Positions 1 through 8,945 are shown, numbered from the stretch's first letter. The stretch is 24,000 nucleotides of DNA from an uncultured Odoribacter sp. (GCA_944321145.1 CALUKF010000001.1:13080-37079), one strand, 5' to 3'. Notes: generated from the letters alone by a model not told the origin. Numbers and translations are program-made.

Positions 1-143
1 AGCCTTCCCTGCGCAACTTGAAATTCAGCGGACGTTTAAAACGGTACGAAGATGTCCGGTTGCTGTTTGAACGCCTGGAATATACGAAAGACGTGACGTT
101 TACCTACGAGAATGGCTCTTATGTCATTCGAGGAAAAAGATAA
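1..143 (+). CDS. FecR-type anti-sigma factor, C-terminal end (5' part lies outside the window)
   Basis: Frame 3 is open from the window edge to TAA at 141-143. It reads PSLRNLKFSGRLKRYEDVRLLFERLEYTKDVTFTYENGSYVIRGKR*. The pattern resembles FecR/DUF4974 C-termini. The position directly upstream of an STN-domain SusC-type receptor is the canonical one for the anti-sigma gene. The call rests on 46 residues only. Confidence 0.5.
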   Translation, partial: PSLRNLKFSGRLKRYEDVRLLFERLEYTKDVTFTYENGSYVIRGKR

Positions 144-249
144 CAGGTTGAGGACCTGATCAATCACCAACCTGTCAATTAGTTCCGATACATGATATTC
201 TTGCAGGAAAAGCATGTATCTATGTTTAACAAATTAATTTCACAAATGT

Positions 250-3200
250 ATGAAGAAAAAGCGAATTAATGCAATGCCGCGTTGTAGGAATTTGCGGCGC
301 AGAGTGTTAATTTTTAGGAATTTCCTAATGCTCTGTTCCTTCGTTTTCTTTGCATTGCCTATGGAGGGCAGCGCACAGCAGAAGACAAAAGTGACAGTTG
401 AACTACGCAACGTCTCTTTGGATGAGGTCATTTCCGAACTGAGAAAACAGACGGATTACGACTTCTTTTACAACACAGAATTGGCAAAGTCAAAGAAAAA
501 TGTAAACGTTGCCGCGAGAGACAAGCAAGTGACGGAACTCTTGAATGAGATTTTGCCGCCTTTGGGAATGGAATACGCAGTCCAGGGGGACATGATTTCC
601 ATTCGTGCAAAAGAAAAAGTGCAAGAACAAACTATTGAATCTAAGAGAATAACAGGAACTGTTACTGATTCAAAGGGGAATGTATTGCCGGGTGTAACCG
701 TGTTGGTAAAAGGGACGACTATAGGTACAGCCACCGATGTGGATGGGAAATACGCCTTTACTTTGCCTAAAGGTGATCATGTTTTGGTCTTTTCTATGAT
801 TGGTATGCAGCCTTACGAAATTAGTATTGGTTCTCGTTCAGAAATTAATGTTGTCTTGCAGGAAGATGTAGCAGAAATGGATGAAGTAGTGGTAACGGGA
901 ATCTTTTCTAAAGCAAAAGAGAGTTATACGGGTGCGGTATCTGTCATTACGGAGAAAGAGTTGAAAAGTTTTGGGAATCGGAATCTTCTGACAACACTAC
1001 GTAATATAGATCCTTCATTCAATATTATAGAAAACAATGAGTTTGGCTCAGACCCGAACCACTTGCCAGAGATTCAAATCCGTGGTGGCTCCAGCATGCC
1101 GGATATAGATCAATTACAAAGTGAGACGAGTGCGGAATTAAACACTCCCCTTATCATCATGGATGGATTTGAAATTAGCCTGCAGCGTATGATGGACTTG
1201 GACGACAATGAAGTTAAAAGCATTACGATCCTGAAAGATGCATCAGCTACGGCTATTTATGGTTCCAGAGGGGCAAATGGGGTTGTCGTTATAGAGACAA
1301 AAGAGCCTGAACCCGGGAAACTTAAATTGACTTATACTGGAAGTTTAAATGTAGAAGTACCTGATTTAAGTGATTATCATGTATTAAATGCCCGAGAAAA
1401 ATTAGACCTAGAGTTTCAGTCCGGCTATTATAATAATGAGATGCCTATAGAGGATATTTTGTTGAAAAAAAAGTATAGTTCTATTCTGCAAGATGTAGAA
1501 CGAGGGGTTGATACCTATTGGCTTTCTAAACCTCTACGGACAGGGATAGGTCATCGGCATAATGTAAAGTTAGAAGGTGGAGACCCCAATTTCCGTTATT
1601 CAGCAACTTTGCAATATAACCACATTGCCGGTGTAATGAAAGAATCTCTCCGTAATAACTTTAATGGCGGAATCAATCTTTCTTATAAAACTTCAAACTT
1701 GATATTTCGCAATAGCCTAACGATTAGCTTAAATAAAGCACAAGAATCTCCATACGGCACTTTTGACCAATATGTCAAGTTGAACCCTTATTGGACAGAT
1801 ACAGATGAAAATGGGAATCAAAAGAAATTTTTTGATGAGGATTACCGCTATTGGAATGGTTCCTATCCTGCAAATCCATTGTATAATGCCACATTAAACA
1901 CTAGAGAAACAAGCGATTACACAAATATCACCAATAATTTTTCTATTGAATGGAAACCAGTACAGGAACTTACGTTGAGAGGAACTTTTGGCATTTATAC
2001 CCAACAAAATAATAATGACCGGTATTTGCCGCCAGAACATACTAGTTTCGCAAACTATACTGATGAAAATGCTTTCAGGAAAGGATCTTATAGATACGGA
2101 ACAGGAAAAACTTCACGTTGGAATTTGTCCTTTACAGCCAATTATTCAAAGGTGTTTGCGGATGCTCACATGATATATGCCGGTTTTAATATGGATTTAG
2201 AAAATAATGATTCCTACAATTATAGTTTTAATGTTGAAGGATTTCCTAGTGGAGCAATAGATTTTCTCTCAGTTGCAATGTCTTATGCAAAAGACGGGAA
2301 GCCCGGAGGTAGTCAATCACAAAGCAGACGGGTTGGTTTTGTAGGCAATGTAAGTTATTCTTTTGAAGATCGTTATTTTGTAGATGCTTCTTTCCGTACA
2401 GATGGTTCTTCGTTATATGGCGCAGACAGACGTTTCGCTCCGTTTTGGTCTACAGGGATAGGTTGGAATATTCATCGAGAAAATTTTATGCAAAATGTCC
2501 TTTTTATTGATCGGTTAAAAATAAGAGGTTCTATAGGAGAAACCGGTTCTAATAATTTCAGTGCTTATGAAGCGGTATCTACTTATGCTTATAACTTAAA
2601 TGACCGTTATTATCAATGGATGGGAGCGAATTTACGTGCATTGGCAAACCCTAAGTTGGAGTGGCAGAAAACAATGAAATATGATGCCGGAGTCGAGTTG
2701 AATGTATTTAATAGTCGTGTAAGCATAATAGGTGACATTTATTTAGAACGAACCAATAGCTTGATGTCATCTTTAGAATTACCTCCATCAAATGGATTTA
2801 GCAGTTATAAGGCGAATATTGGGAAATTGGAAAACAAAGGCTTTGAATTAAAAGCAACAGCTTTTATTTTGCGTGATACAGAAAAAGAATTGATTTGGTC
2901 TGTTACAGGATATTTGGTACATAATAAGGACAAAATTCTCGAATTATCTGAAGCGATGAAGGAAAGCAATGAAGCTTTGTTGGCGACTGGTGGTTCTGTG
3001 CCTAATAAAGTATGGCAAGAAGGTGATTCCCAGAATGCGATTTATGTTGTGCCTTCATTAGGAATAGACCCGAGTACAGGCAAAGAATTATATTTGAAAA
3101 AGAATGGAGAAGTCACTTATACTTGGGACGCGCGTGATCGTGTATATAGTGGTGTTGACCAACCTAAGTATCGGGGAAATTTGAATACAATGTTTCGTTG

Positions 3201-3618
3201 GAAAGATTTGTCTGTTAATATGTCATTCGGTTATGAATGGGGTGGTCAGACTTATAATGAGACTTTGATTAATCGCGTAGAAAATGCAGATAAAAAATAT
3301 AATGTTGATGAACGGGTTTATGAAGATCGTTGGAAACAACCGGGGGACGTTACCTTTTTCAAAGGCATTAATGTTACAACCTCCACTCAAGCAACATCTC
3401 GGTTTGTCCAAGATGAGGCTACATTTAGTTGCCAAAATATTAATATTACTTATGAATTCAGAGATAACAAATGGCTGAAACATAATCTTGGACTTCAGAA
3501 TTTGACTTTGCAAGGGAATATGGCGGATATATTTAGGATTTCTACCATTAAACAAGAACGTGGAACATCTTATCCTTTCTCTCGTCAATTCTCATTTTCG
3601 TTGAGTGCAATGTTTTAA
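250..3618 (+). CDS. SusC/RagA-family TonB-dependent outer-membrane receptor with N-terminal STN signalling extension
   Basis: 1122-aa ORF from ATG 250. Motifs in order: an N-terminal hydrophobic signal region; an STN-like extension (VELRNVSLDEVISELRKQTDYDFFY...MISIR); a carboxypeptidase-regulatory-like module (ITGTVTDSKGNVLPGVTVLVKGTTIGTATDVDGKYAF); a TonB-box-like DEVVVTG; a plug motif (ITILKDASATAIYGSRGANGVVVIETK); and a terminal aromatic residue (...SLSAMF*) as in beta-barrel outer-membrane proteins. Confidence 0.95.
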   Translation: MKKKRINAMPRCRNLRRRVLIFRNFLMLCSFVFFALPMEGSAQQKTKVTVELRNVSLDEVISELRKQTDYDFFYNTELAKSKKNVNVAARDKQVTELLNEILPPLGMEYAVQGDMISIRAKEKVQEQTIESKRITGTVTDSKGNVLPGVTVLVKGTTIGTATDVDGKYAFTLPKGDHVLVFSMIGMQPYEISIGSRSEINVVLQEDVAEMDEVVVTGIFSKAKESYTGAVSVITEKELKSFGNRNLLTTLRNIDPSFNIIENNEFGSDPNHLPEIQIRGGSSMPDIDQLQSETSAELNTPLIIMDGFEISLQRMMDLDDNEVKSITILKDASATAIYGSRGANGVVVIETKEPEPGKLKLTYTGSLNVEVPDLSDYHVLNAREKLDLEFQSGYYNNEMPIEDILLKKKYSSILQDVERGVDTYWLSKPLRTGIGHRHNVKLEGGDPNFRYSATLQYNHIAGVMKESLRNNFNGGINLSYKTSNLIFRNSLTISLNKAQESPYGTFDQYVKLNPYWTDTDENGNQKKFFDEDYRYWNGSYPANPLYNATLNTRETSDYTNITNNFSIEWKPVQELTLRGTFGIYTQQNNNDRYLPPEHTSFANYTDENAFRKGSYRYGTGKTSRWNLSFTANYSKVFADAHMIYAGFNMDLENNDSYNYSFNVEGFPSGAIDFLSVAMSYAKDGKPGGSQSQSRRVGFVGNVSYSFEDRYFVDASFRTDGSSLYGADRRFAPFWSTGIGWNIHRENFMQNVLFIDRLKIRGSIGETGSNNFSAYEAVSTYAYNLNDRYYQWMGANLRALANPKLEWQKTMKYDAGVELNVFNSRVSIIGDIYLERTNSLMSSLELPPSNGFSSYKANIGKLENKGFELKATAFILRDTEKELIWSVTGYLVHNKDKILELSEAMKESNEALLATGGSVPNKVWQEGDSQNAIYVVPSLGIDPSTGKELYLKKNGEVTYTWDARDRVYSGVDQPKYRGNLNTMFRWKDLSVNMSFGYEWGGQTYNETLINRVENADKKYNVDERVYEDRWKQPGDVTFFKGINVTTSTQATSRFVQDEATFSCQNINITYEFRDNKWLKHNLGLQNLTLQGNMADIFRISTIKQERGTSYPFSRQFSFSLSAMF

Positions 3619-3630
3619 TTTATAAATGAA

Positions 3631-5064
3631 ATGAAGATGAAAAAGGAATTTTATATTTTTGCTTTATCTATTGCTTTGGGTTTAGGTTCTTGTAATTCAT
3701 GGTTGGATGTCAAGCCGGAAACAGAAGTTGAAATAGATGCGATGTATTCTCAGCAGCAGGGATTTCAAGATGCATTGATTGGGGCTTATTTGAATTTGAA
3801 ATCTTCAAATGCTTACGGACAAGAGTTAATGTATGGTACTGTAGAATATTTGGCTCAACATTGGAATTATAATTCGGAAACTGTACAAGAGAAAATTTCC
3901 CGATATAATTATATAGATGAGTCTGTACAGGGAAGATTTGAAAGCATATATAGCCAACTTTACAAAATCATAGCTTCAGTAAATGTTATTTTGGCGAATA
4001 TAGATGCGAAGCAAGATGTATTTGAAACTGATATATATGAAATTATTAAAGGGGAAGCTCTTGCTATGCGTGCTTATTGTCATTTTGATCTGTTACGTTT
4101 GTTTGGCCCTATGCCTACAAATGTAGGTTCTTCTACTATTTTGCCTTATGTAACAACGGTAACGACTGAGTATCACCAGCATCATACGTATGAACAATAT
4201 GTTTCATATTTGGAGGAAGATCTGATAACAGCGGATACATTATTAAAGAAATCAGATCCAGTCCAGACTTCTATTGCTACAGAAGAAAACTCTTGGTCGG
4301 TTTCTGCAACAGATTTTTTGCGAGCACGTCAATTGCGTTTTAACTATTATGCAGTCAAGGCTTTAGAAGCTCGTTTTTATCTTTGGTTGGGAGGAACAGA
4401 CAATAAGACAAAAGCATATCAAGCAGCCAAAGAAGTTATTGATGCGACAAATGAAGATGGAAGCAAGAAGTATAAGTTAGGTACGGTAAATGACATTACT
4501 AATAAGGATTATTCATTTTCTGTAGAGCATATTATGGCAGTCTATGACTATGATTTGTACGATAGAGCTTCTGGAAACTTCACAGAATCTGCTCCTTTTG
4601 CAAAAGAAGAAGCTTTAATTACTAATGATTTGTATGAACCAGGAAGTACAGATATTCGTTATATTTCTTTATGGGAAACTTACAGTACATCAGCAGGAAG
4701 TTCTGTTTATTCCATTAAAAAGTTTTTGCAACCGAATGAAGATGATGCAATAAATCAATTACCCTTATTGCGCTTGTCTGAAATGTATTTTATTGTTATG
4801 GAATGTGGTCCGATAAACGAAGCAAACGAATTGTATGAAGAGTTTTGCATTTCTCGTGATATTCCTATAACAGAGTTGCATGAAAATCAGATTCAAGATA
4901 TTTTAGTTGAAGAATATAATAAGGAATTTTATGCAGAAGGGCAAGCTTTCTATGCTTTCAAAAGATTAGCTGTTGAAGATATCCTATGGGCGCAGGATCC
5001 TGGAAATGAAGAATCTTATGTAATACCATTGCCTTTAAGTGAGATTGATTATGGGAATAATTAA
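3631..5064 (+). CDS. SusD/RagB-family outer-membrane lipoprotein
   Basis: 477-aa ORF starting 12 nt after the SusC stop. It has a lipoprotein signal with lipobox Cys (SIALGLGSC) followed by NSWLDVKPE, the characteristic SusD N-terminus. Size and position immediately after SusC fit the family. Confidence 0.9.
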   Translation: MKMKKEFYIFALSIALGLGSCNSWLDVKPETEVEIDAMYSQQQGFQDALIGAYLNLKSSNAYGQELMYGTVEYLAQHWNYNSETVQEKISRYNYIDESVQGRFESIYSQLYKIIASVNVILANIDAKQDVFETDIYEIIKGEALAMRAYCHFDLLRLFGPMPTNVGSSTILPYVTTVTTEYHQHHTYEQYVSYLEEDLITADTLLKKSDPVQTSIATEENSWSVSATDFLRARQLRFNYYAVKALEARFYLWLGGTDNKTKAYQAAKEVIDATNEDGSKKYKLGTVNDITNKDYSFSVEHIMAVYDYDLYDRASGNFTESAPFAKEEALITNDLYEPGSTDIRYISLWETYSTSAGSSVYSIKKFLQPNEDDAINQLPLLRLSEMYFIVMECGPINEANELYEEFCISRDIPITELHENQIQDILVEEYNKEFYAEGQAFYAFKRLAVEDILWAQDPGNEESYVIPLPLSEIDYGNN

Positions 5065-5074
5065 AATTATAGAT

Positions 5075-5890
5075 ATGAAAAGAATTTGTATATTTGTTTT
5101 TGCTTGGATGTTCTTTATTGGATGTCAGAAAGCTGAATATATGCTATTTAACGATGTAGCACGGGTGCAAATGGATGAAGGTGAAGAGATTCGAACTGAT
5201 TTTTTCTATACTGATAGATCCATTCAAAGAGATACGGTTCATTTAACCGTAAACACAAGTGGTTATCCATTAGATAAAATACGGGAAATAGCATTGGAGC
5301 AAATTCCAGAATATGATGTTGAATATAAATACGATAATAAAGGAAATCTGATAGATTCTGTAGTGACAGAAAAACCTAACAAAGCTATTCCAGGTGTTCA
5401 TTATGTTTCCATGGATGCTCCGGAGATGGAATCTTTATTAGTTATACAACCCAATGAAGTAACTGCAGAAGTTCCGATTATTCTTTTACGTGATACAAGT
5501 TTGCGCCGCAATGAGTATCGTTTATGTTTAAAGTTGGTCGCTACTTCGGATTTTTCGTTAGGAGAGAGTGAGCATTTGACAGGTACAATTGTTTTTTCTG
5601 ATAAATTGAGCAGACCTTCAGAATGGGACGACTGGATTTCTCAATATCGATTTGGAGAATATAGTACTCGTAAACACGAATTTATGGTTGAAGTAGCAGG
5701 AGGAATAAGAATAGACGATGATTGGATTAATACAATAAGATTGGATAATTCAGAATTAATTTTTTGGCGCGACAAATTTAAAGAGGCACTGCAGGAGTAC
5801 AATAGTAATCCTAACAATATTGCACAAGGGTTAGCCCCCATGCGAGAAGATCAAGACGATCCTAATAGTCCATTAATTCAATTCCCATAA
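5075..5890 (+). CDS. DUF4843-like surface lipoprotein (uncharacterised SusCD accessory protein)
   Basis: ATG 5075 lies 10 nt after the SusD stop. The GTG 5039 start in the ORF track overlaps SusD and is less likely. ATG 5075 gives MKRICIFVFAWMFFIGCQK with a lipobox Cys, 271 aa. Position after SusD and general sequence character match my recollection of the Bacteroidales DUF4843 family. The family name is from memory, not from a search. Confidence 0.7.
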   Translation: MKRICIFVFAWMFFIGCQKAEYMLFNDVARVQMDEGEEIRTDFFYTDRSIQRDTVHLTVNTSGYPLDKIREIALEQIPEYDVEYKYDNKGNLIDSVVTEKPNKAIPGVHYVSMDAPEMESLLVIQPNEVTAEVPIILLRDTSLRRNEYRLCLKLVATSDFSLGESEHLTGTIVFSDKLSRPSEWDDWISQYRFGEYSTRKHEFMVEVAGGIRIDDDWINTIRLDNSELIFWRDKFKEALQEYNSNPNNIAQGLAPMREDQDDPNSPLIQFP

Positions 5891-5905
5891 ATAAAAAGTT
5901 TGAAT

Positions 5906-6595
5906 ATGAAATCATTATATATTATTCTAATAGCACTTCTGTGTTGCAATCTCGCCAGTTGCTATGACGATAAAGGTAATTACGATTATACGGATATATT
6001 TGAAATCTCCATTGACAGTATACAAGAGAGATATTCTTGTCTCGCTTTATTGGATACACTAAATATTACTCCGGAAGTTGCACCTAAAGATGTTGAATAT
6101 GAATATTTTTGGGGAGTTTATGCTAATAATACAAGTGGAATAACTCCAATCTTAGATACCTTATGTAAAACTTGTGAATTGCACTATCCGGTTCAATTGC
6201 AACCGGGAAGTTATACATTGGTTTTTTGTGCAAGAGAAAAGGAGACAGGTATAGCTTCTTTTGAGGATACTCAACTCCAAGTTGCAACAAGCCTTACATC
6301 TGGATGGTATATATTGCGTTCTCAAAACGGTTATACAGACTTAGACTTGTTTGCATCACAAGGCAAGATAGAAAATGTTATAGCGTCAAACAATGGCGGT
6401 AAAAATTTGAAAGGGGAGGCAGAAACTGTTCTTTATACGAGAGTTTATAGAGTATGGGATGCAGAAATGAAACGTTATCAACAAACCGCTACCCTTATGG
6501 CTCTATCAAGCGATGAGTTGTATTCAATACGTGCAAGTAATGGTTCTATTATAAGAACTTCTGATGATTTTTTTATGAAAGGCCTGACAAGATAA
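5906..6595 (+). CDS. PKD-like family lipoprotein, N-terminal fragment (truncated by frameshift)
   Basis: ATG 5906 (the ORF track uses TTG 5900) gives MKSLYIILIALLCCNLASCYDDKGNYDY. This is a lipoprotein signal plus an SCYxDKGNYDY start that I associate with the PKD-like lipoproteins encoded after DUF4843 genes. The frame ends at TAA 6593-6595 after 229 aa, just downstream of a T7 run. Confidence 0.6.
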   Translation: MKSLYIILIALLCCNLASCYDDKGNYDYTDIFEISIDSIQERYSCLALLDTLNITPEVAPKDVEYEYFWGVYANNTSGITPILDTLCKTCELHYPVQLQPGSYTLVFCAREKETGIASFEDTQLQVATSLTSGWYILRSQNGYTDLDLFASQGKIENVIASNNGGKNLKGEAETVLYTRVYRVWDAEMKRYQQTATLMALSSDELYSIRASNGSIIRTSDDFFMKGLTR

Positions 6596-6606
6596 GACCA
6601 CAAAAT

Positions 6607-7398
6607 ATGATAGAAAGTAATACGTGTTTTTGTTTGATAAATAATAATAGGGTACATACTATAACAGCAAATTCTTCCAATAGCGGTCGTTTTGGAGTAG
6701 CAAAAACTGGGAATTATAAATTGTCTCCTTATATAGTGAATGCATATCCTGCGAATCCATTAGTGTATGATGAAAATTCTAATTCTTTTTGTCGTGTTGT
6801 ACCAAGTAATACTGAATTAGTAAATCTTTCAGATGAAGGACCTGTAGATACGATAGCTTTGCCGTCTGTTAATAATTTGGACGCAGATTTGTTATTTATG
6901 GGCATTGGTGCTAATAAAAATGCATGGGCTTTGATGAAGAAGAAAAATGCAAATATATACATATTGCAGAATTTGCAAGCAGGTCGTAGAGATTTCAAAA
7001 ATCCAACAAATACGTGTGATACAATAGATAGCAATTTGAAAATTTGCCATGCAGATAGTTGGGCTCCTAATTTGGATAATGATATTATTTATTTTAGTGA
7101 AGGAAATAGTATTTATTCGTGTAATGTAAACGCTTATTATCAAGAAAGGGAACAAGTTGTATTTCCTGCTGGCGAAGAAGTAACTCATATGCGACATTTG
7201 AAATATAGCGATGCGACAAATCCTGAAAATAATTTCAGTTATTTAGTGGTTGCTACTTATTTGAATGGCAAATATAAAGTGTATTTGTATAATATTCAGG
7301 CAGGTAATTTGCAAAATTTACCTCAAATTCTGGAAGGAGAAGGTAAGGTGGGCGGAGTTGTTTATATAAATAATAATTTATACACAAAAATAGACTAA
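6607..7398 (+). CDS. PKD-like family lipoprotein, C-terminal fragment (no signal peptide; likely a continuation of 5906-6595)
   Basis: 263-aa ORF in the -1 frame relative to the upstream ORF. This frame is already open from 6568, inside the upstream ORF. The product has no signal peptide or lipobox (MIESNTCFCLINNN...), although every neighbouring product in the operon has one. Only 11 nt separate the upstream stop from this first ATG. Confidence 0.55.
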   Translation: MIESNTCFCLINNNRVHTITANSSNSGRFGVAKTGNYKLSPYIVNAYPANPLVYDENSNSFCRVVPSNTELVNLSDEGPVDTIALPSVNNLDADLLFMGIGANKNAWALMKKKNANIYILQNLQAGRRDFKNPTNTCDTIDSNLKICHADSWAPNLDNDIIYFSEGNSIYSCNVNAYYQEREQVVFPAGEEVTHMRHLKYSDATNPENNFSYLVVATYLNGKYKVYLYNIQAGNLQNLPQILEGEGKVGGVVYINNNLYTKID

Positions 7399-7401
7399 GA
7401 G

Positions 7402-8754
7402 ATGTTTGCGAAAATTCTAATGCTTGTGACTGTCTTATGTTGGACTTCGACAGTTGGTGCACAAGATTATTCTGTGATTAAAGGATATGTAAAAACATAT
7501 AATTTGAAAACAATTGCATTATATGCAACGCGGGATGGTGATATCCAAAAACAAGCAGAAACTCAGATTAATGTAGATGGCAGTTATGGTTTTTTAATTA
7601 AACCGGAGAAGCCTGGATTTTACGCCATCGGGAATGAGAGGATGAATTTCATCCTCTTCCTCAAAGGCGGCGAGGAGGTTAATGTTGACTTGTTGGAAAA
7701 CAAAGCAGAGCTGAACGGCAAAAACACCCGTGAAAACAAGGCTCTTTATAAATGGGAGGATTATGCTGCTAACATTCGTTTGAAATCCGTCTTTTTCAAT
7801 AGGACATTGAGTACATACGAAGATTTCTTTCCGGAATTTACAACTTTTCTGGAAGGAATGGAAAACTTGAAAAAGAGTTTGAAAAGCGGAAACAAGGAAT
7901 TTGACGCGATGCTTCAAAAATTGGTGGATTATGAAACAGATTATTATGCCGCCATGTTTTTATTGACTCCGCGAAGAAAACATCCGGAACGTTCTCAATG
8001 GCTTGAATATTATAAACATATTGTTTCAGACGAAAAGTTTACAAATGATGATGTGCTCCAATATCCTTATGGAATAGACATGTTAACAACTTATTGTAGT
8101 TTTGCCCAGTATATAGCCCCCAAAGAAGGCCTTGATTACATTGACGATTGCTTGGCTTATTTGCATAATGACAGACTCAAAGGAGAATATGTAATTAATA
8201 AAGATTTTCAGCGGTATAAGTCCTACGACCAATATTTGAACGGTGTGGAAAAATATGGCAAATATTTTGTCACGCCATCTTTAAAGGCACGGGCAGAAGC
8301 TGTTGGAACAAAGCTTTATGATACCCGTGCCGGTGGCATTGCAGCTGATTTTACCTATCCGGATGTGAATGGTAAAATGGTTTCTCTTTCAGACTTCAAA
8401 GGAAAAGTCGTATTAGTAGATGTTTGGGCAACATGGTGTGGTCCCTGCCGGGGGGAAATTCCGCACCTGAAAAAGTTGGAAGAGGAGATGCATGGGAAAG
8501 ACGTCGTTTTTCTTGGGGTGTCGGTTGATGAAGTTAAAGATAAACAGAAGTGGTTAGATTTCATTGAAAAAGAAGGATTAAAAGGTGTTCAGGTATTGGC
8601 TGGTGGCTGGAGTAAAATTACCAAAGATTACAAAATCAACGGAATACCACGCTTCATGGTTTTCGACCGTAAGGGCAACATTGTATCTGTGGATGCGCCT
8701 CGTCCCTCCAATCCGGCATTGAAGAAAATGTTAGAAAATGAATTAAATAAATAA
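7402..8754 (+). CDS. TlpA/ResA-like thiol-disulfide oxidoreductase (thioredoxin fold) with long N-terminal non-catalytic region
   Basis: 450-aa ORF whose ATG lies 3 nt after the upstream stop. It has a signal peptide (MLVTVLCWTSTVGAQD). The C-terminal thioredoxin fold carries the CxxC motif WATWCGPCRGEIPHL and a cis-Pro-loop-like INGIPRFMVFD. Confidence 0.9.
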   Translation: MFAKILMLVTVLCWTSTVGAQDYSVIKGYVKTYNLKTIALYATRDGDIQKQAETQINVDGSYGFLIKPEKPGFYAIGNERMNFILFLKGGEEVNVDLLENKAELNGKNTRENKALYKWEDYAANIRLKSVFFNRTLSTYEDFFPEFTTFLEGMENLKKSLKSGNKEFDAMLQKLVDYETDYYAAMFLLTPRRKHPERSQWLEYYKHIVSDEKFTNDDVLQYPYGIDMLTTYCSFAQYIAPKEGLDYIDDCLAYLHNDRLKGEYVINKDFQRYKSYDQYLNGVEKYGKYFVTPSLKARAEAVGTKLYDTRAGGIAADFTYPDVNGKMVSLSDFKGKVVLVDVWATWCGPCRGEIPHLKKLEEEMHGKDVVFLGVSVDEVKDKQKWLDFIEKEGLKGVQVLAGGWSKITKDYKINGIPRFMVFDRKGNIVSVDAPRPSNPALKKMLENELNK

Positions 8755-8771
8755 TCAATACAAGTTCTTCA

Positions 8772-8799
8772 AAGTGCCTCCTTTTTAGGGGGCACTTTT
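8772..8799 (+). terminator. Hairpin terminator closing the SusC-to-TlpA operon
   Basis: AAGTGCCTCC (8772-8781) pairs with GGGGGCACTT (8788-8797), including one G-U pair. The loop is 6 nt and the stem runs into TTTTG. It lies 18 nt after the TlpA stop. The T-run is short (4 T). Confidence 0.6.
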
Positions 8800-8834
8800 G
8801 TAAGAGAAATATCATTTAAAATTCCAATATTTAT

Positions 8835-8842
8835 TATCTTTG
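8835..8842 (+). promoter_or_regulatory. Candidate Bacteroides-type -7 promoter box (TATCTTTG) for the GH29/GH2 unit
   Basis: Matches TAnnTTTG, about 104 nt upstream of ATG 8946. No well-spaced -33 TTTG was seen. Confidence 0.35.
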
Positions 8843-8945
8843 TGTGATTACATTGTGGTAGGGGAGGGAATTGTGATTATAAATCGTTTTTCTGATATAT
8901 GGGAAATGCGATAAGCATAGGGAATAATTCATAAATAAGTAAAAG

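Noticed and set aside
143-175. 8-bp inverted repeat ACAGGTTG/CAACCTGT with a 17-nt loop right after the anti-sigma stop codon
   Set aside because: No U-tract follows, and the stem is short with a large loop. It may be a weak structure or a regulator site, but I cannot support a terminator or attenuator call.
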